NCBI GenBank assembly: GCA_965238175.1
Contig: CBDEGZ010000003.1
Location: 1,312,001-1,376,000, forward strand
Source of the DNA: Gammaproteobacteria bacterium
GTDB lineage: Bacteria > Pseudomonadota > Gammaproteobacteria > CAJXQU01
Direction of reading: 5' to 3'
Length of the DNA stretch: 64,000 nucleotides
A model generated the notes under the pieces. It saw nothing but the letters and a program-made list of their open reading frames with translations, was not told the origin of the DNA and did not search any database. Below, piece after piece: positions 1 through 10,825 of the stretch. The translations under genes were made by a program, and so were the position numbers. The stretch's first letter is position 1; the number at the start of each line of letters is the position of its first letter.

Positions 1-971
1 ATCGGTTGTATAGAATTGGACTCATCATTGCGGTTGTCACAACCTTTGGAATGGCTATCGCTGAAAACATGATCGTCTGGTCTGTAATGCGTTTTCTAGC
101 TGGTTTTAGTAGTGCTGCAGGATTGATGATTGGTTCGGGTCTGATTCTAAATTGGTTAATGCGCCATAACTATCGTAGTGAACTTGGCGTGCATTTTATG
201 GGAATTGGACTTGGGATTGCTATCACCGCAATAGCTGTCGATTTGATGATCGGAAATCTCGGTTGGCGTAGCCAATGGATGATTTTCAGCATTATTGGAG
301 TTCTACTTGCGATTCCTGCATGGTGTTGGTTGCCACGACCAGAGAATGGATTGGTAACATTAACCGGAGAAAAACTGCAAGATAAACCACCTTCGAAACG
401 TTTCACGCGTTTGATGCAATACGCCTATTTTTGTGCTGGTTTTGGTTATGTTATTAGTGCGACTTTTATTGTTGCGATTGTTGAACGACAACCAACTTTA
501 TCGGGGCAAGGTGAATTTGTTTGGTTGATTTTGGGGTTGACGGCAATCCCAGCTGTCGTTATTTGGGATCGTGTCGCGAGAGTGACTGGAACGCTTGATG
601 CTTTATTGATTTGCTACCTACTTCAAATAATTGGAATTGGCTTGCCATTGATAAATGATGGTTTAGAAGTGGTGCTCATTAGTGCAGTACTTTATGGTGC
701 AACCTTTGTTGGGATTGTTAGTTTAGTCTTAACAATAGCTGGAAAATTTTACCCAACTAAGCCTGCAAAATTAATGGCGAAAATGACGATTAGCTACGGT
801 ATTGCACAAATCGCAGGTCCGTTTTTAGCTGGGTTGCTTGCAGAAAATAGTGGTCACTATCAAGGCGGATTAACGCTTGCCGTGATCATAATGATGATTG
901 GAACTATGATCTTGCTTTTTGTTCGTTATGTAGAAAAAAATACTGTTGATGTGCTTGATGAAAAGAATTAA
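1..971 (+). CDS. MFS transporter, YbfB/YjiJ-like (5' part outside window)
   Basis: Multiple TM helices; RFLAGFSSA and FCAGFGYVISATF motifs; ORF open at window edge. Confidence 0.8.
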   Translation, partial: RLYRIGLIIAVVTTFGMAIAENMIVWSVMRFLAGFSSAAGLMIGSGLILNWLMRHNYRSELGVHFMGIGLGIAITAIAVDLMIGNLGWRSQWMIFSIIGVLLAIPAWCWLPRPENGLVTLTGEKLQDKPPSKRFTRLMQYAYFCAGFGYVISATFIVAIVERQPTLSGQGEFVWLILGLTAIPAVVIWDRVARVTGTLDALLICYLLQIIGIGLPLINDGLEVVLISAVLYGATFVGIVSLVLTIAGKFYPTKPAKLMAKMTISYGIAQIAGPFLAGLLAENSGHYQGGLTLAVIIMMIGTMILLFVRYVEKNTVDVLDEKN

Positions 972-1000
972 ATTGAGTCTTAATAAATTAATCTTGTGAA

Positions 1001-2509
1001 TTAATTTAGCAACACATTTGTACCTGGACCTAAAGGCCAACCAAGATAAATCCAAAGCAAAAGTAGAACTGACCATCCAAGCAAAAATGCGATCGAATAA
1101 GGTAGCATCATCGCAATGATTGTCCCTATTCCGATATCTTTTTTATATTGTTGTGCAAAGGCGACAACAACACCAAAATAGGGCATTAAAGGGGTGATTA
1201 TGTTGGTACTACTGTCTCCAATTCTATAGGCGACTTGTGTTGCTTCAGGAGTGATACTCGAAAGCAGAAACATCGGGATAAATATGGGGGTGATTAACGC
1301 CCATTTTGCAGATGCGCTACCGATAAATAAATTAATGAATGCGGCCATAAGAATAAATGCAATAAGCAAAGAGGATGATTTTAGTTCGAGTGTAGAAAGC
1401 AGACTTGCACCGTTGATTGCAATGATAGAACCAAGATTACTCCAGGAAAAATAGCTGACAAATTGAGCGGCAAAAAACATCAACACTAAATAACTTGCCA
1501 TCGTTGCCATATGTTTTTCCATACCAACTACAAACTCACTTGTGTGTTTGTAGTGACCGCTGACTTTTCCAAAAAGTATGCCAGCAACTGCTGCGTAAAT
1601 AGCAATAATAGTCACAATGCCTTTGATAAAAGGAGAATGTAAAATACTCTGTGATACTTGATCACGAAGAACACCACTTTCGGGAATTAGAGCTAATAAC
1701 AATAAACCGATAAAAAGCAGCGTAAAGACACCAACTGCTTTAAGAGCAGACTTTTCTTTTGTAGGTAAATTTTCAAGAGTTGCTTTTGTAAGATCGGAAT
1801 TCATTTCTGATTTTGTCCAGCGTGGACTAACTACGTGTTCCGTAATCTAGGTTGCAATAATGGTGACAAAAAAAGTTGAAGCAAAAATAAAATAATAATT
1901 CCCTGCGGCACTAACCTGATAATCTGTTTGAATAAGTGAAGCTGCTTCTGTCGAAATACCTGCAAGAATTGCATCTAAAGGACCAATTAATAAATTTGCG
2001 CTATAGCCTCCTGAAACACCGGCAAACGCGGCAGCAATTCCAACGATGGGGTGTCGACCAACACTTTGAAATATAAGCGCTGCTAGTGGGATCAAAACCA
2101 CGTAACCAGTATCAGCAGCCAGACTGGATAAAACACCGGCAAGAACAATGGTAAAGGTTAATAATGTCTCTGGAGTTTTTAAAACAGTTGCACGGAGAAG
2201 CGCACTTAATAAGCCGGAATGTTCGGCAACACCAATACCCATGATAGCGACGAGTACTGTTCCAACAGGTGCAAACGTTACAAAATTTTTGACCGTCTCG
2301 GAGAGTATTCGATGCAATCCATCAAGGCTAATCAAATTGACAGTTTGGATTGTCTGTTTTGTTATTGGATGAACTGCATTAAGACCGAGAGCACTAAGAA
2401 TTGCAGATGCAAAAAGAATGATCCCACAGAGGATCAAAAATAAAACGGTTGGATGCGGAAGACGATTGCCAGCATTCTCAATAAAATCGAGTAGCGAAGC
2501 TAGTCTCAT
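1001..2509 (-). pseudogene. abgT: AbgT-family (p-aminobenzoyl-glutamate) transporter split by an in-frame TAG
   Basis: ORFs 1847-2509 (IENAGNRLPHP) and 1001-1804 (AYRIGDSSTNIITP) are in the same frame; junction reads IIAT*ITEHVVSPR with TAG at 1847-1849 where Trp is expected. Confidence 0.85.
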
Positions 2510-2512
2510 GCT

Positions 2513-2980
2513 TTATGAATTTGTAATATTTTTTTCCATAAAAAACATATTACCCTGATAGCCGAAGTTTTCATAAGCTTGTCTTGCGATCTTATTATGT
2601 TGCAATACTTCCAGTGTCATTTTGCAACAGCCTCGTTCTTTTGCTAAAGCTTCAATAGCTAAAAACAGTTTTCTCGATAAGCCTTTTCCTCGGTACCCAT
2701 TTATAACATAAACATCGTGTATATTCATGATCGGTTTACATTGAAAAGTAGAAAAATTTTCTATCGCGTTTAACAAACCGACGGGTTTATTTTCATCAAA
2801 TGCTAAAAAAGAAAAAAAGTCTGGACGATTTTTGATCGAAGCTACAAGATTATTTTTGGTATAAGTCGATAATTCTTTACTGCCACCCATTTGATCCATC
2901 GCATATTCATTTAGCAATAAAACCAGCGATTCGGCAAGTGAAGAATTATCTAGATCACTTGCAATTACCTGAATCGACAT
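2513..2980 (-). CDS. GNAT-family acetyltransferase
   Basis: NIHDVYVINGYRGKGLS and LEVLQHNKIARQAYENFGY motifs; likely start MSIQVI at 2980, 1 nt after the upstream stop. Confidence 0.85.
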   Translation of the reverse strand: MSIQVIASDLDNSSLAESLVLLLNEYAMDQMGGSKELSTYTKNNLVASIKNRPDFFSFLAFDENKPVGLLNAIENFSTFQCKPIMNIHDVYVINGYRGKGLSRKLFLAIEALAKERGCCKMTLEVLQHNKIARQAYENFGYQGNMFFMEKNITNS

Positions 2981-2981
2981 A

Positions 2982-3617
2982 TTAATTATCCGTGTACAAA
3001 TTTCTGCGTCGACAAAATGAAACCAGAATATAACGCGTACCTTTGGTTGTTGGTCTGCCACCGTGAGGGTGTGTGATGCAAGGAAAGAGGGAACAATAAC
3101 CCCCTTTAGGGTTGGCTAATATTTGTTGCCGCGAAAACCAGGTTCCACCACCCTCAAATTCTGTATTAAGACCAACTGTAAAAGTGTAATCAGCATAATC
3201 CTGATGAATGGATAGAAGTTGCTGATCTTCAGAACGGTAACGTGCCATAAAACTTTCTTCCATCATCATTTCACGCCAGCGTTGTCCTTCTAAACGCCAT
3301 AGTTTTCTAGCTAAAGGATGGCAAAATTCTTCCAGTACCTTGTGGTACATTTCGTCTAGACCTAACTCTGTGAGCAGAACATCAGTAGTAGGGTAAAACT
3401 CATGTCTTTTGGTGGTCCAGAGATTACCTTCTTCGACCTTAGCAATAATCTCTTCGCAAAAAGCATCAGTAAATAAAGGAAAGTGATAAATTTCTGGCCC
3501 AAGCTCTTCAACCATCAATTCATATTCTTGTGTTCTTGTACCAGGTGCAATGTATTTTTCACTCCAAGCTTTCCAGTTGTCTCCCCACGAGGCGAGAGTA
3601 ATATTTTCCATAATCAT
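2982..3617 (-). CDS. 2OG-Fe(II) dioxygenase resembling the lysyl-hydroxylase (PLOD) catalytic domain
   Basis: FPLFTDAFCEE, YPTTDV, HQD (HxD), FEGGGTWF, HPHGGRPTTKGTRYILVSF. Confidence 0.75.
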   Translation of the reverse strand: MIMENITLASWGDNWKAWSEKYIAPGTRTQEYELMVEELGPEIYHFPLFTDAFCEEIIAKVEEGNLWTTKRHEFYPTTDVLLTELGLDEMYHKVLEEFCHPLARKLWRLEGQRWREMMMEESFMARYRSEDQQLLSIHQDYADYTFTVGLNTEFEGGGTWFSRQQILANPKGGYCSLFPCITHPHGGRPTTKGTRYILVSFCRRRNLYTDN

Positions 3618-3858
3618 GTCTTCCGTGACTTATTAACATATTCAATAAAAACTCTATCGTAGTTGAAAGTTAGTTTCAATATTATGTCTCTGTCCTCGTT
3701 GCTTTGTGTCTTATTGTTTTCAAGAAGATAACATTTTATTACATTGATCGGCAAAAGCTCGGTAGATAAGCTTCAATGACGCTTATTTAGTATTCATTTA
3801 GTTAACGGGTGATAGCGTCAATATTGTGTTAATAAGAATATGCTGAGGGAGGTATAAA

Positions 3859-4845
3859 ATGACAGATCTAATAAGTAAAATAACGGGTTTTTTAGGCGAA
3901 GCAGGTTCAGGTGCGCTTGGGCATGCACTCATAGGGTTAGCAATTCTCATTGTTGGTCTAATTGTTGTTAAGTTCATCACCGAAATTTTTCGGTGCTTAT
4001 TATCAAGCTCTTCTTTTCTAAAACACACAACAGATGATGGAATGGTAACTGACTTCACCGGCCCAATCTCATCACTTATCAAAGCAATATTGACAATTTT
4101 TGTACTGATGGCTGTACTACAACATTTTGGTTTTACAGATGTGCTTGATCCATTAAAAGCAATGTTAGAGCAGTTTATGGGTGCAATACCAAATATGATC
4201 GGCGCTGGCGTAATTGCTTATGCTGGTTGGATTATCGCTAAGATTGTTTCGCAATTTGTTGGCGTTGGGTTGACTAAAATTGGTGATCAAATTGCAGAAC
4301 GAACGGGCAATTCTGATCTAAAAATATCATCCTTTGGTAGTGCTTTTATTTTCGGTGGTATTTTATTACCGATAATTGTCAGCGCGCTTGGTGTGCTAGA
4401 TATTCTTGCTATTTCTGAGCCTGCATCCGCAATGATCGAAAAATTGATGGTGGTAGTACCGAATATGATTGGTGCTGCAGTAATTTTATTAGTCGCCTAT
4501 TTTGTTGCAAAGTTTGTCGTATATATGTTGTCGGGTTTACTCGAAGGCATGGATATTAATTCGGTACCTGAAAAAATGGGCATCGCAGGAATGTTCAGTG
4601 AGAGCTTCACACCAACTAAATTGATTGGTGGATCAATCATGTTCTTTTCAATGCTGACAGCTTCAACAGCCGCGGTTAATGTTCTGGAAATTGACGTGAT
4701 TTCAAATAACTTCAGTAAAGTACTAGAATTTGGTGGGATATTGGTAGGCGGTGTGATCTTGATAGTAGGGAATTTCCTAAGCTCAATGGCACATCAAAAA
4801 TTGACTGCGTCTGGTAACGCCGGTCTAGCCAACATTAATTTTTAA
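3859..4845 (+). CDS. TM-helix-repeat / mechanosensitive-channel-associated (CmpX-like) membrane protein, possibly 3'-truncated
   Basis: Repeated IPNMIGA/VPNMIGA helices; ends abruptly at GLANINF. Confidence 0.6.
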   Translation: MTDLISKITGFLGEAGSGALGHALIGLAILIVGLIVVKFITEIFRCLLSSSSFLKHTTDDGMVTDFTGPISSLIKAILTIFVLMAVLQHFGFTDVLDPLKAMLEQFMGAIPNMIGAGVIAYAGWIIAKIVSQFVGVGLTKIGDQIAERTGNSDLKISSFGSAFIFGGILLPIIVSALGVLDILAISEPASAMIEKLMVVVPNMIGAAVILLVAYFVAKFVVYMLSGLLEGMDINSVPEKMGIAGMFSESFTPTKLIGGSIMFFSMLTASTAAVNVLEIDVISNNFSKVLEFGGILVGGVILIVGNFLSSMAHQKLTASGNAGLANINF

Positions 4846-4869
4846 CTCAATTCGCCAAGACGGAAGAAA

Positions 4870-5490
4870 ATGAAAAGTACACTCTACTATATTCTTGATC
4901 CAATGTGTTCGTGGTGTTGGGGCTTTCGGCCAGTTTTTTCTGCGCTATTGGATCTATTACCCGAGCAGTTCGAAGTCAAATACATCATGGGTGGTCTCGC
5001 TCCAGATTCTGATCAGGCAATGCCTGACGAAACCAGAACTTATATCCAAAAGCAATGGCGTTTAGTGGCCGATAAAACAGATGCAGAATTTAATTGGGAT
5101 TTCTGGACAGAATGCATACCGAGCCGTTCCACATATCCAGCTTGTCGCGCTGTTATTACTGCAGGACTACAAGGAAAAGAAAATATTCCAAAAATGATTG
5201 AAGCGATTCAGCAAGCTTATTACTTGGAAGCGAGAAATCCATCTGATTTCAGTACACTAATCACCTTAGCTGATAAACTTAATCTTGATAGTGATAGATT
5301 TAAGCAAGATATCGTATCTTCAAAAATAGAACAGTTGCTTCAGCAAGATTTTGCAACACGCAGACTGTTCGCAGTGAATAGTTTTCCTACCGTATTACTT
5401 AAACAAGAAAAGAATCTGTCCTTTGTGGCTCAAGGAGATGACTCCTTGGAAAATATAATAAGAAGGCTACAGGCACAGTCTTTGCTTTGA
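4870..5490 (+). CDS. DsbA-family thioredoxin-fold protein
   Basis: DPMCSWCWGF active site and SFPT cis-Pro motif. Confidence 0.85.
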   Translation: MKSTLYYILDPMCSWCWGFRPVFSALLDLLPEQFEVKYIMGGLAPDSDQAMPDETRTYIQKQWRLVADKTDAEFNWDFWTECIPSRSTYPACRAVITAGLQGKENIPKMIEAIQQAYYLEARNPSDFSTLITLADKLNLDSDRFKQDIVSSKIEQLLQQDFATRRLFAVNSFPTVLLKQEKNLSFVAQGDDSLENIIRRLQAQSLL

Positions 5491-5519
5491 TATACCATAC
5501 AAAAAAAAGGAATAACAAA

Positions 5520-6320
5520 ATGAGTCTAGAAATAAGCGATCTGTCGATCTTGCTGATTGAACCATCAGATGTTCAATTCAAGCTGATAAAAAATCATCTT
5601 GAACTTGATGGAATTAATAAGATCACTCATGCGTCCACGGGTGAAAAAGCACTTATTGAAATGCGTCGATATGAACCTGATCTGGTTATCAGTAGTATGT
5701 ATTTACCCGATCTTACGGCGATTGATTTGGTGACGGTGATGCGTAACGATGAGAACTTAGTTCATATTCCTTTCATGCTAATCTCAAGTGAGACAAAGTT
5801 TGAACACACAGAGCCAGTTCGTCAGGCAGGTGTGGTTGCAATTCTTCCTAAACCCTTTGATCATGACGATCTCAGTCGAGCCCTGCACTCTTCATTAGAA
5901 TATATTGATTCGGAAATCATTGAGTTAGATAGCTTAGATGTTGAAAATATTAAAGTATTAGTGGTTGACGATAGCTCAGCTTCACGTAAACATATTTCAC
6001 GTGTCCTGAATAATTTAGGGATCGCAAAAATAACACTTGCAGAAGATGGTAAAGATGCCATTGAACGATTATCCGAACTAGAATTTGATCTGGTTGTCAC
6101 AGATCTAAACATGCCAGAAATGGATGGTCAGGAGCTAGTCCAATACATTCGGAACGAAATGCAAGACACACTTATGCCAATATTGATGGTCACCAGCGAA
6201 CATGATGAATCGAGGTTGGCCAATGTTCAACAATCTGGTGTTACTGCGATCTTTGACAAACCATTTGATCCATTTAGTATTAAAGAAGTTCTATACCGCG
6301 TTTTTGAAGATGTCGCTTAA
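5520..6320 (+). CDS. Response regulator with two receiver domains
   Basis: Two REC domains (LLIEPS...LPKPF; VLVVDDS...VTDLNMP...DKPF); ORF track starts at 5487, likely start 5520. Confidence 0.85.
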   Translation: MSLEISDLSILLIEPSDVQFKLIKNHLELDGINKITHASTGEKALIEMRRYEPDLVISSMYLPDLTAIDLVTVMRNDENLVHIPFMLISSETKFEHTEPVRQAGVVAILPKPFDHDDLSRALHSSLEYIDSEIIELDSLDVENIKVLVVDDSSASRKHISRVLNNLGIAKITLAEDGKDAIERLSELEFDLVVTDLNMPEMDGQELVQYIRNEMQDTLMPILMVTSEHDESRLANVQQSGVTAIFDKPFDPFSIKEVLYRVFEDVA

Positions 6321-6422
6321 CGCAGCAAAACCAGGTTCACTTTAGAAGACTCCATGGAAGGCTTACTAAAAAAGCATACTTCAACAAAGTAAGCTTACAA
6401 CTGCCTTATCGAGGAGATATAT

Positions 6423-9107
6423 ATGGCTCAGCCGGACAGTGCAGAATTAGAACATGAAACAGATTTAGATCCTCAGGAAACTCAAGAATGGGTAGAAGCA
6501 CTGGATGCGGTTCTTGAACAAGAAGGTGTAGGAAGGGCCCACTTTCTACTCGAAAAATTAATCGATAAAGCTCGTCGCTCCGGTGCCTACCTTCCTTATT
6601 CCGCAGAAACAGCTTACCTCAACACTATTCCACCCGACAAAGAAGAAAAATCTCCCGGCGATCCGGCAATTGAGTGGCGACTTAGATCACTAGTTCGTTG
6701 GAATGCGATGGCGATGGTGGTACAAGCAAATCGTAAAAATGGCGAGTTAGGTGGCCATATTGCAAGTTTTGCCTCAGCAGCAACCTTATATGATGTGGCT
6801 TTTAATCATTTTTTCCATGCACCAACAGAAGATCACGGTGGAGATCTAGCCTTTATCCAAGGGCATTCAGCACCTGGAATTTATGCTCGTTCATATCTTT
6901 ATGGGCGATTTACTGAAGAGCAGCTGCTCAATTTTAGACAAGATGTCGGCGGAAATGGCCTGACATCCTATCCACATCCATGGCTAATGCCGGACTACTG
7001 GCAATTCCCAACGGTATCGATGGGCCTTGGGCCAATAATGGCAATTTATCAAGCCCGATTCATGCGTTACATGCAGAATCGAGGGTTATGTGACAATGCA
7101 AAACGCAAGGTTTGGGCGTTTATGGGCGATGGTGAAATGGATGAGCCTGAATCCCGTGGTGCTATTGGATTAGCGGTACGAGAGAAACTAGATAATCTGA
7201 TTTTCGTGATCAATTGTAATTTACAACGACTTGATGGCCCGGTACGTGGTAATGGAAAAATCATCCAGGAATTAGAATCTGAATTCAGAGGTGCAGGCTG
7301 GAATGTAATAAAAGTGATCTGGGGCTCGTATTGGGATCAACTAATCGCACAAGACACATCCGGTATGTTACTCAAACGAATGGAAGAAGTCGTTGATGGT
7401 GAGTATCAGTCCTATGCGACACGTGGTGGCGCCTATGCGCGAGAACACTTTTTCGGTAAATACCCTGAAACGGCCGCATTGGTTGCGAGCATGACTGATG
7501 AGGATATTGACCGGCTTAATCGTGGCGGACATGATCCACACAAAGTATACGCTGCCTATGCCGCTGCGATGAAACACAAAGGTCAACCGACTCTTATTCT
7601 AGTTAAAACTGTTAAGGGATACGGCATGGGAGATTCTGGTGAAGGCATGAATATTACCCATCAGCAGAAAAAAATGGGTGAGGATTCTCTGAAAGAATTT
7701 CGCGATCGTTTTAATCTGCCTATCTCTGATGATGACATCAATGACATTCCATTTTTCAAACCACCCACAGACAGTCCAGAGATCAAATATCTAAATGAAC
7801 GTCGTGCAGCGTTGGGTGGTGATTTCTTCAAACCAAAAGTCAAAGCACCTGCTTTAACGATCCCCGAACTGGATGTTTTTGAAGTCTTACTCAAAGGCAG
7901 TGGCGAACGTGCTATGTCCACCACAATGGCTTTTGTACGTATATTAAACATCTTGATGAAAGATGAAAATATTGGTGAACGGATTGTGCCGATCATCGCA
8001 GATGAGGCACGCACCTTCGGTATGGAAGGTATGTTCCGACAATATGGGATTTACTCGTCCGTAGGCCAGCTTTATGAGCCTCAAGATCGCGATCAAGTAA
8101 TGTATTACCGTGAAGATATTAAAGGACAAGTAATCGAAGATGGCTTAAATGAAGCTGGTGCAATGTCTTCATGGATTGCGGCCGCAACCGCTTACCGTCA
8201 TCACAGTACTGCAATGATTCCGTTTTATACCTACTACTCCATGTTTGGCTTTCAACGTGTCGGAGACTTGATCTATGCCGCAGCTGACAGTCGAGCACGT
8301 GGTTTCTTAATGGGAGGGACTGCTGGACGAACAACCCTTGCTGGCGAAGGTTTACAACATCAAGATGGCCAAAGTCATCTGCAAGCTTCGATGATCCCTA
8401 ATTGTATTTCTTATGATCCCGCTTTTGCTTACGAACTGGCCATCATCATTAAAGATGGCTTAAAAAGAATGTACGTTGAGCAGGAAGATATCTTCTATTA
8501 CCTGACCATAATGAACGAAAATTATCAGCAGCCAGCCATGCCAGAGGGTGTCGAAGAAGGCGTTCTAAAAGGACTGTATTTATACAAAGAAAGTCACCGA
8601 GAAGAAGCCCGTTTAAGGGTACAACTTTTAGGTGCTGGAACTATTCTTAATGAAGTAATCGCCGCTGCAGAAATGTTAGAAAATGAATATGGCATTGCGG
8701 CCGATATCTGGAGTGCGACAAGTTTTACAGAACTTCGTCGAGAAGGTCTTGATTGTAAACGTTGGAACAGACTGCACCCTGAAGAAACACCGAGAATAAG
8801 TTATGTCGAACAATGTTTATCAGATCGCAAAGGACCTTTTATCGCCTCCACAGATTATATGAAGCTACAAGCCGATCAAATCAGGGAGTTCGTTCCAGGT
8901 TTTTATAATGTATTAGGAACCGATGGTTTTGGACGAAGCGATGATCGAAAACAGTTACGTAACTTCTTTGAAGTTGATCGCTATCATGTTGTGATTACGG
9001 CATTGGAAAGCTTGGCGCAAGAAGGATTCATTTCTGCTGAAAAAGTGACCGAAGCAATCAATAAATATGGTATTGATCAAAACAAACCTAACCCAGTGAC
9101 AGTATAA
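6423..9107 (+). CDS. aceE: Pyruvate dehydrogenase E1, homodimeric
   Basis: GGHIASFAS, FPTVSMGLGP, GDGEMDEPES, GEGLQHQDG; GGAG RBS. Confidence 0.98.
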   Translation: MAQPDSAELEHETDLDPQETQEWVEALDAVLEQEGVGRAHFLLEKLIDKARRSGAYLPYSAETAYLNTIPPDKEEKSPGDPAIEWRLRSLVRWNAMAMVVQANRKNGELGGHIASFASAATLYDVAFNHFFHAPTEDHGGDLAFIQGHSAPGIYARSYLYGRFTEEQLLNFRQDVGGNGLTSYPHPWLMPDYWQFPTVSMGLGPIMAIYQARFMRYMQNRGLCDNAKRKVWAFMGDGEMDEPESRGAIGLAVREKLDNLIFVINCNLQRLDGPVRGNGKIIQELESEFRGAGWNVIKVIWGSYWDQLIAQDTSGMLLKRMEEVVDGEYQSYATRGGAYAREHFFGKYPETAALVASMTDEDIDRLNRGGHDPHKVYAAYAAAMKHKGQPTLILVKTVKGYGMGDSGEGMNITHQQKKMGEDSLKEFRDRFNLPISDDDINDIPFFKPPTDSPEIKYLNERRAALGGDFFKPKVKAPALTIPELDVFEVLLKGSGERAMSTTMAFVRILNILMKDENIGERIVPIIADEARTFGMEGMFRQYGIYSSVGQLYEPQDRDQVMYYREDIKGQVIEDGLNEAGAMSSWIAAATAYRHHSTAMIPFYTYYSMFGFQRVGDLIYAAADSRARGFLMGGTAGRTTLAGEGLQHQDGQSHLQASMIPNCISYDPAFAYELAIIIKDGLKRMYVEQEDIFYYLTIMNENYQQPAMPEGVEEGVLKGLYLYKESHREEARLRVQLLGAGTILNEVIAAAEMLENEYGIAADIWSATSFTELRREGLDCKRWNRLHPEETPRISYVEQCLSDRKGPFIASTDYMKLQADQIREFVPGFYNVLGTDGFGRSDDRKQLRNFFEVDRYHVVITALESLAQEGFISAEKVTEAINKYGIDQNKPNPVTV

Positions 9108-9111
9108 AAAT

Positions 9112-10815
9112 ATGGCAAACACTCAAGATATTTTACTACCGGATATTGGTGATTTTGATGAAATCGATGTGATCGAGATCATGGTTAAGCTTGGAGATAG
9201 CGTCAATAAAGAAGATCCACTCATTACGCTTGAAAGTGATAAAGCCACGATGGAAATTCCTTCGCCAGAAGAAGGTATCGTTGAAAGTATCAATGTAAAT
9301 GTCGGCGATAAAATAAAACAAGGAGATCTGATTTTATCGTTAGGAAAAGCTGATCAAGGAAACCAGGCTAAAGCTCCCGATCAATCCATGATTGAAAAAA
9401 CTGTGGCAGAAGAATCTGGCGTAGCGACGATAGATCTTGAAGAATACAAAGTAGAGCTAGAACCAGAGCCCAAACCTGAACAGACCGAACAGCAAGAAAC
9501 GTCAAGCCAAGTCATTGAGATTGAATTGCCCGACATTGGTGATTTTGATAGTGTCGATGTGATCGAAATACTGGTGAATCCTGGTGATGAAATTGATGCT
9601 GAAGATCCTATCGTGACCTTGGAAAGCGATAAGGCGAGCATGGAAATACCTTCATCTCATGCTGGTCAGATAAAAGAAATCAAAGTTCAAGTTGGCGAAA
9701 AAATTTCGCAAGGTGCTGTACTATTATTATTGGAAAGTCGAACAGGTGTAAATACAGGAAATGTAGAAAAAATTTCTACCGCTGAAAGCTCAACTACAGA
9801 TCAAGCATCCGTAACGGAACAAATAAATGAAGTTGAGATTCCAATGCTTGAAATCACTCAACAAATGCCAGCACCGAAAATTCCTAAAACAGCAGAAACA
9901 GTTGGGAGCAGCCGTTCATCAAAAGCCTTAGCAAGTCCTTCGGTACGTAAACTTGCTCGTGAATTGGGTGTTGATCTGGGCCTGGTATCAGGCAGTGGCC
10001 CGCGTAAAAGAATTCTAAAGGGAGATGTAAAAAAATATACCAAATCAGTCATCAAAGGACGATCAAAAAATTCCGAATTTTCTTTACCTGAAATTCCTGC
10101 TGTTGATTTTTCAAAATTTGGTGAGATAGAACTTTCGCCTTTATCGAAGATCAAAAAGTTGACCGGCAAGCATATGCAGCGCACCTGGTTGACGGTTCCA
10201 CAAGTTACACATTTTGAAGAAGCAGACATCACCGATCTTGAAGAATTTCGCCAACTAAAAAAATTAGAAGCAAAAGAAAAAGGCACCAACCTGACATTGA
10301 TCACATTCCTGGTGAAAGCAGCAGTGGTTGCATTGAAAAAATATCCAAATTTTAATTCATCATTAGCTTCTGATAGTGAAGCATTAGTGATGAAAAATTA
10401 TTTTCATATCGGAATTGCTGTTAATACCGACAATGGTCTGGTTGTTCCTGTGCTCCGTAATGCCGACCAAAAAGGATTATTTGATATTGCACTTGAAATT
10501 ACTGCGCTCAGTGAAAAAGCCAGAAAAGGCATTCTCTCACCATCAGAAATGCAAGGTGGTTGTTTTACCATCTCCAGTCTTGGTGGTATTGGTGGCATTG
10601 GTTTTACACCGATTGTAAACGCACCTGAAGTTGCCATACTTGGCGTATCAAAATCCGATCTAAAACCTGTTTATGAAAATGATCAATTTGTACCAAGATT
10701 AATTTTACCTTTTTCTGTTAGTTACGATCATCGTGTTATTGATGGCGTTGCTGCGGCACAATTCTCAGCTTTTATCAGAGAAATATTATCTGACATCCGT
10801 CAAATATTATTATAG
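9112..10815 (+). CDS. aceF: Dihydrolipoamide acetyltransferase E2 with two lipoyl domains
   Basis: LESDKATME and LESDKASME lipoyl motifs, [19 protein letters not shown]. Confidence 0.97.
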   Translation: MANTQDILLPDIGDFDEIDVIEIMVKLGDSVNKEDPLITLESDKATMEIPSPEEGIVESINVNVGDKIKQGDLILSLGKADQGNQAKAPDQSMIEKTVAEESGVATIDLEEYKVELEPEPKPEQTEQQETSSQVIEIELPDIGDFDSVDVIEILVNPGDEIDAEDPIVTLESDKASMEIPSSHAGQIKEIKVQVGEKISQGAVLLLLESRTGVNTGNVEKISTAESSTTDQASVTEQINEVEIPMLEITQQMPAPKIPKTAETVGSSRSSKALASPSVRKLARELGVDLGLVSGSGPRKRILKGDVKKYTKSVIKGRSKNSEFSLPEIPAVDFSKFGEIELSPLSKIKKLTGKHMQRTWLTVPQVTHFEEADITDLEEFRQLKKLEAKEKGTNLTLITFLVKAAVVALKKYPNFNSSLASDSEALVMKNYFHIGIAVNTDNGLVVPVLRNADQKGLFDIALEITALSEKARKGILSPSEMQGGCFTISSLGGIGGIGFTPIVNAPEVAILGVSKSDLKPVYENDQFVPRLILPFSVSYDHRVIDGVAAAQFSAFIREILSDIRQILL

Positions 10816-10825
10816 GAGAAATATT

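Noticed and set aside
1847-1849. TAG readthrough or pyrrolysine in abgT
   Set aside because: The position corresponds to Trp (single G>A change); other genes here use TAG as a true stop; no pyl genes are in the window
10733-10825. N-terminal extension of Icd in the ORF track
   Set aside because: It overlaps aceF; an RBS and TTG at 10826 give a normal-length start
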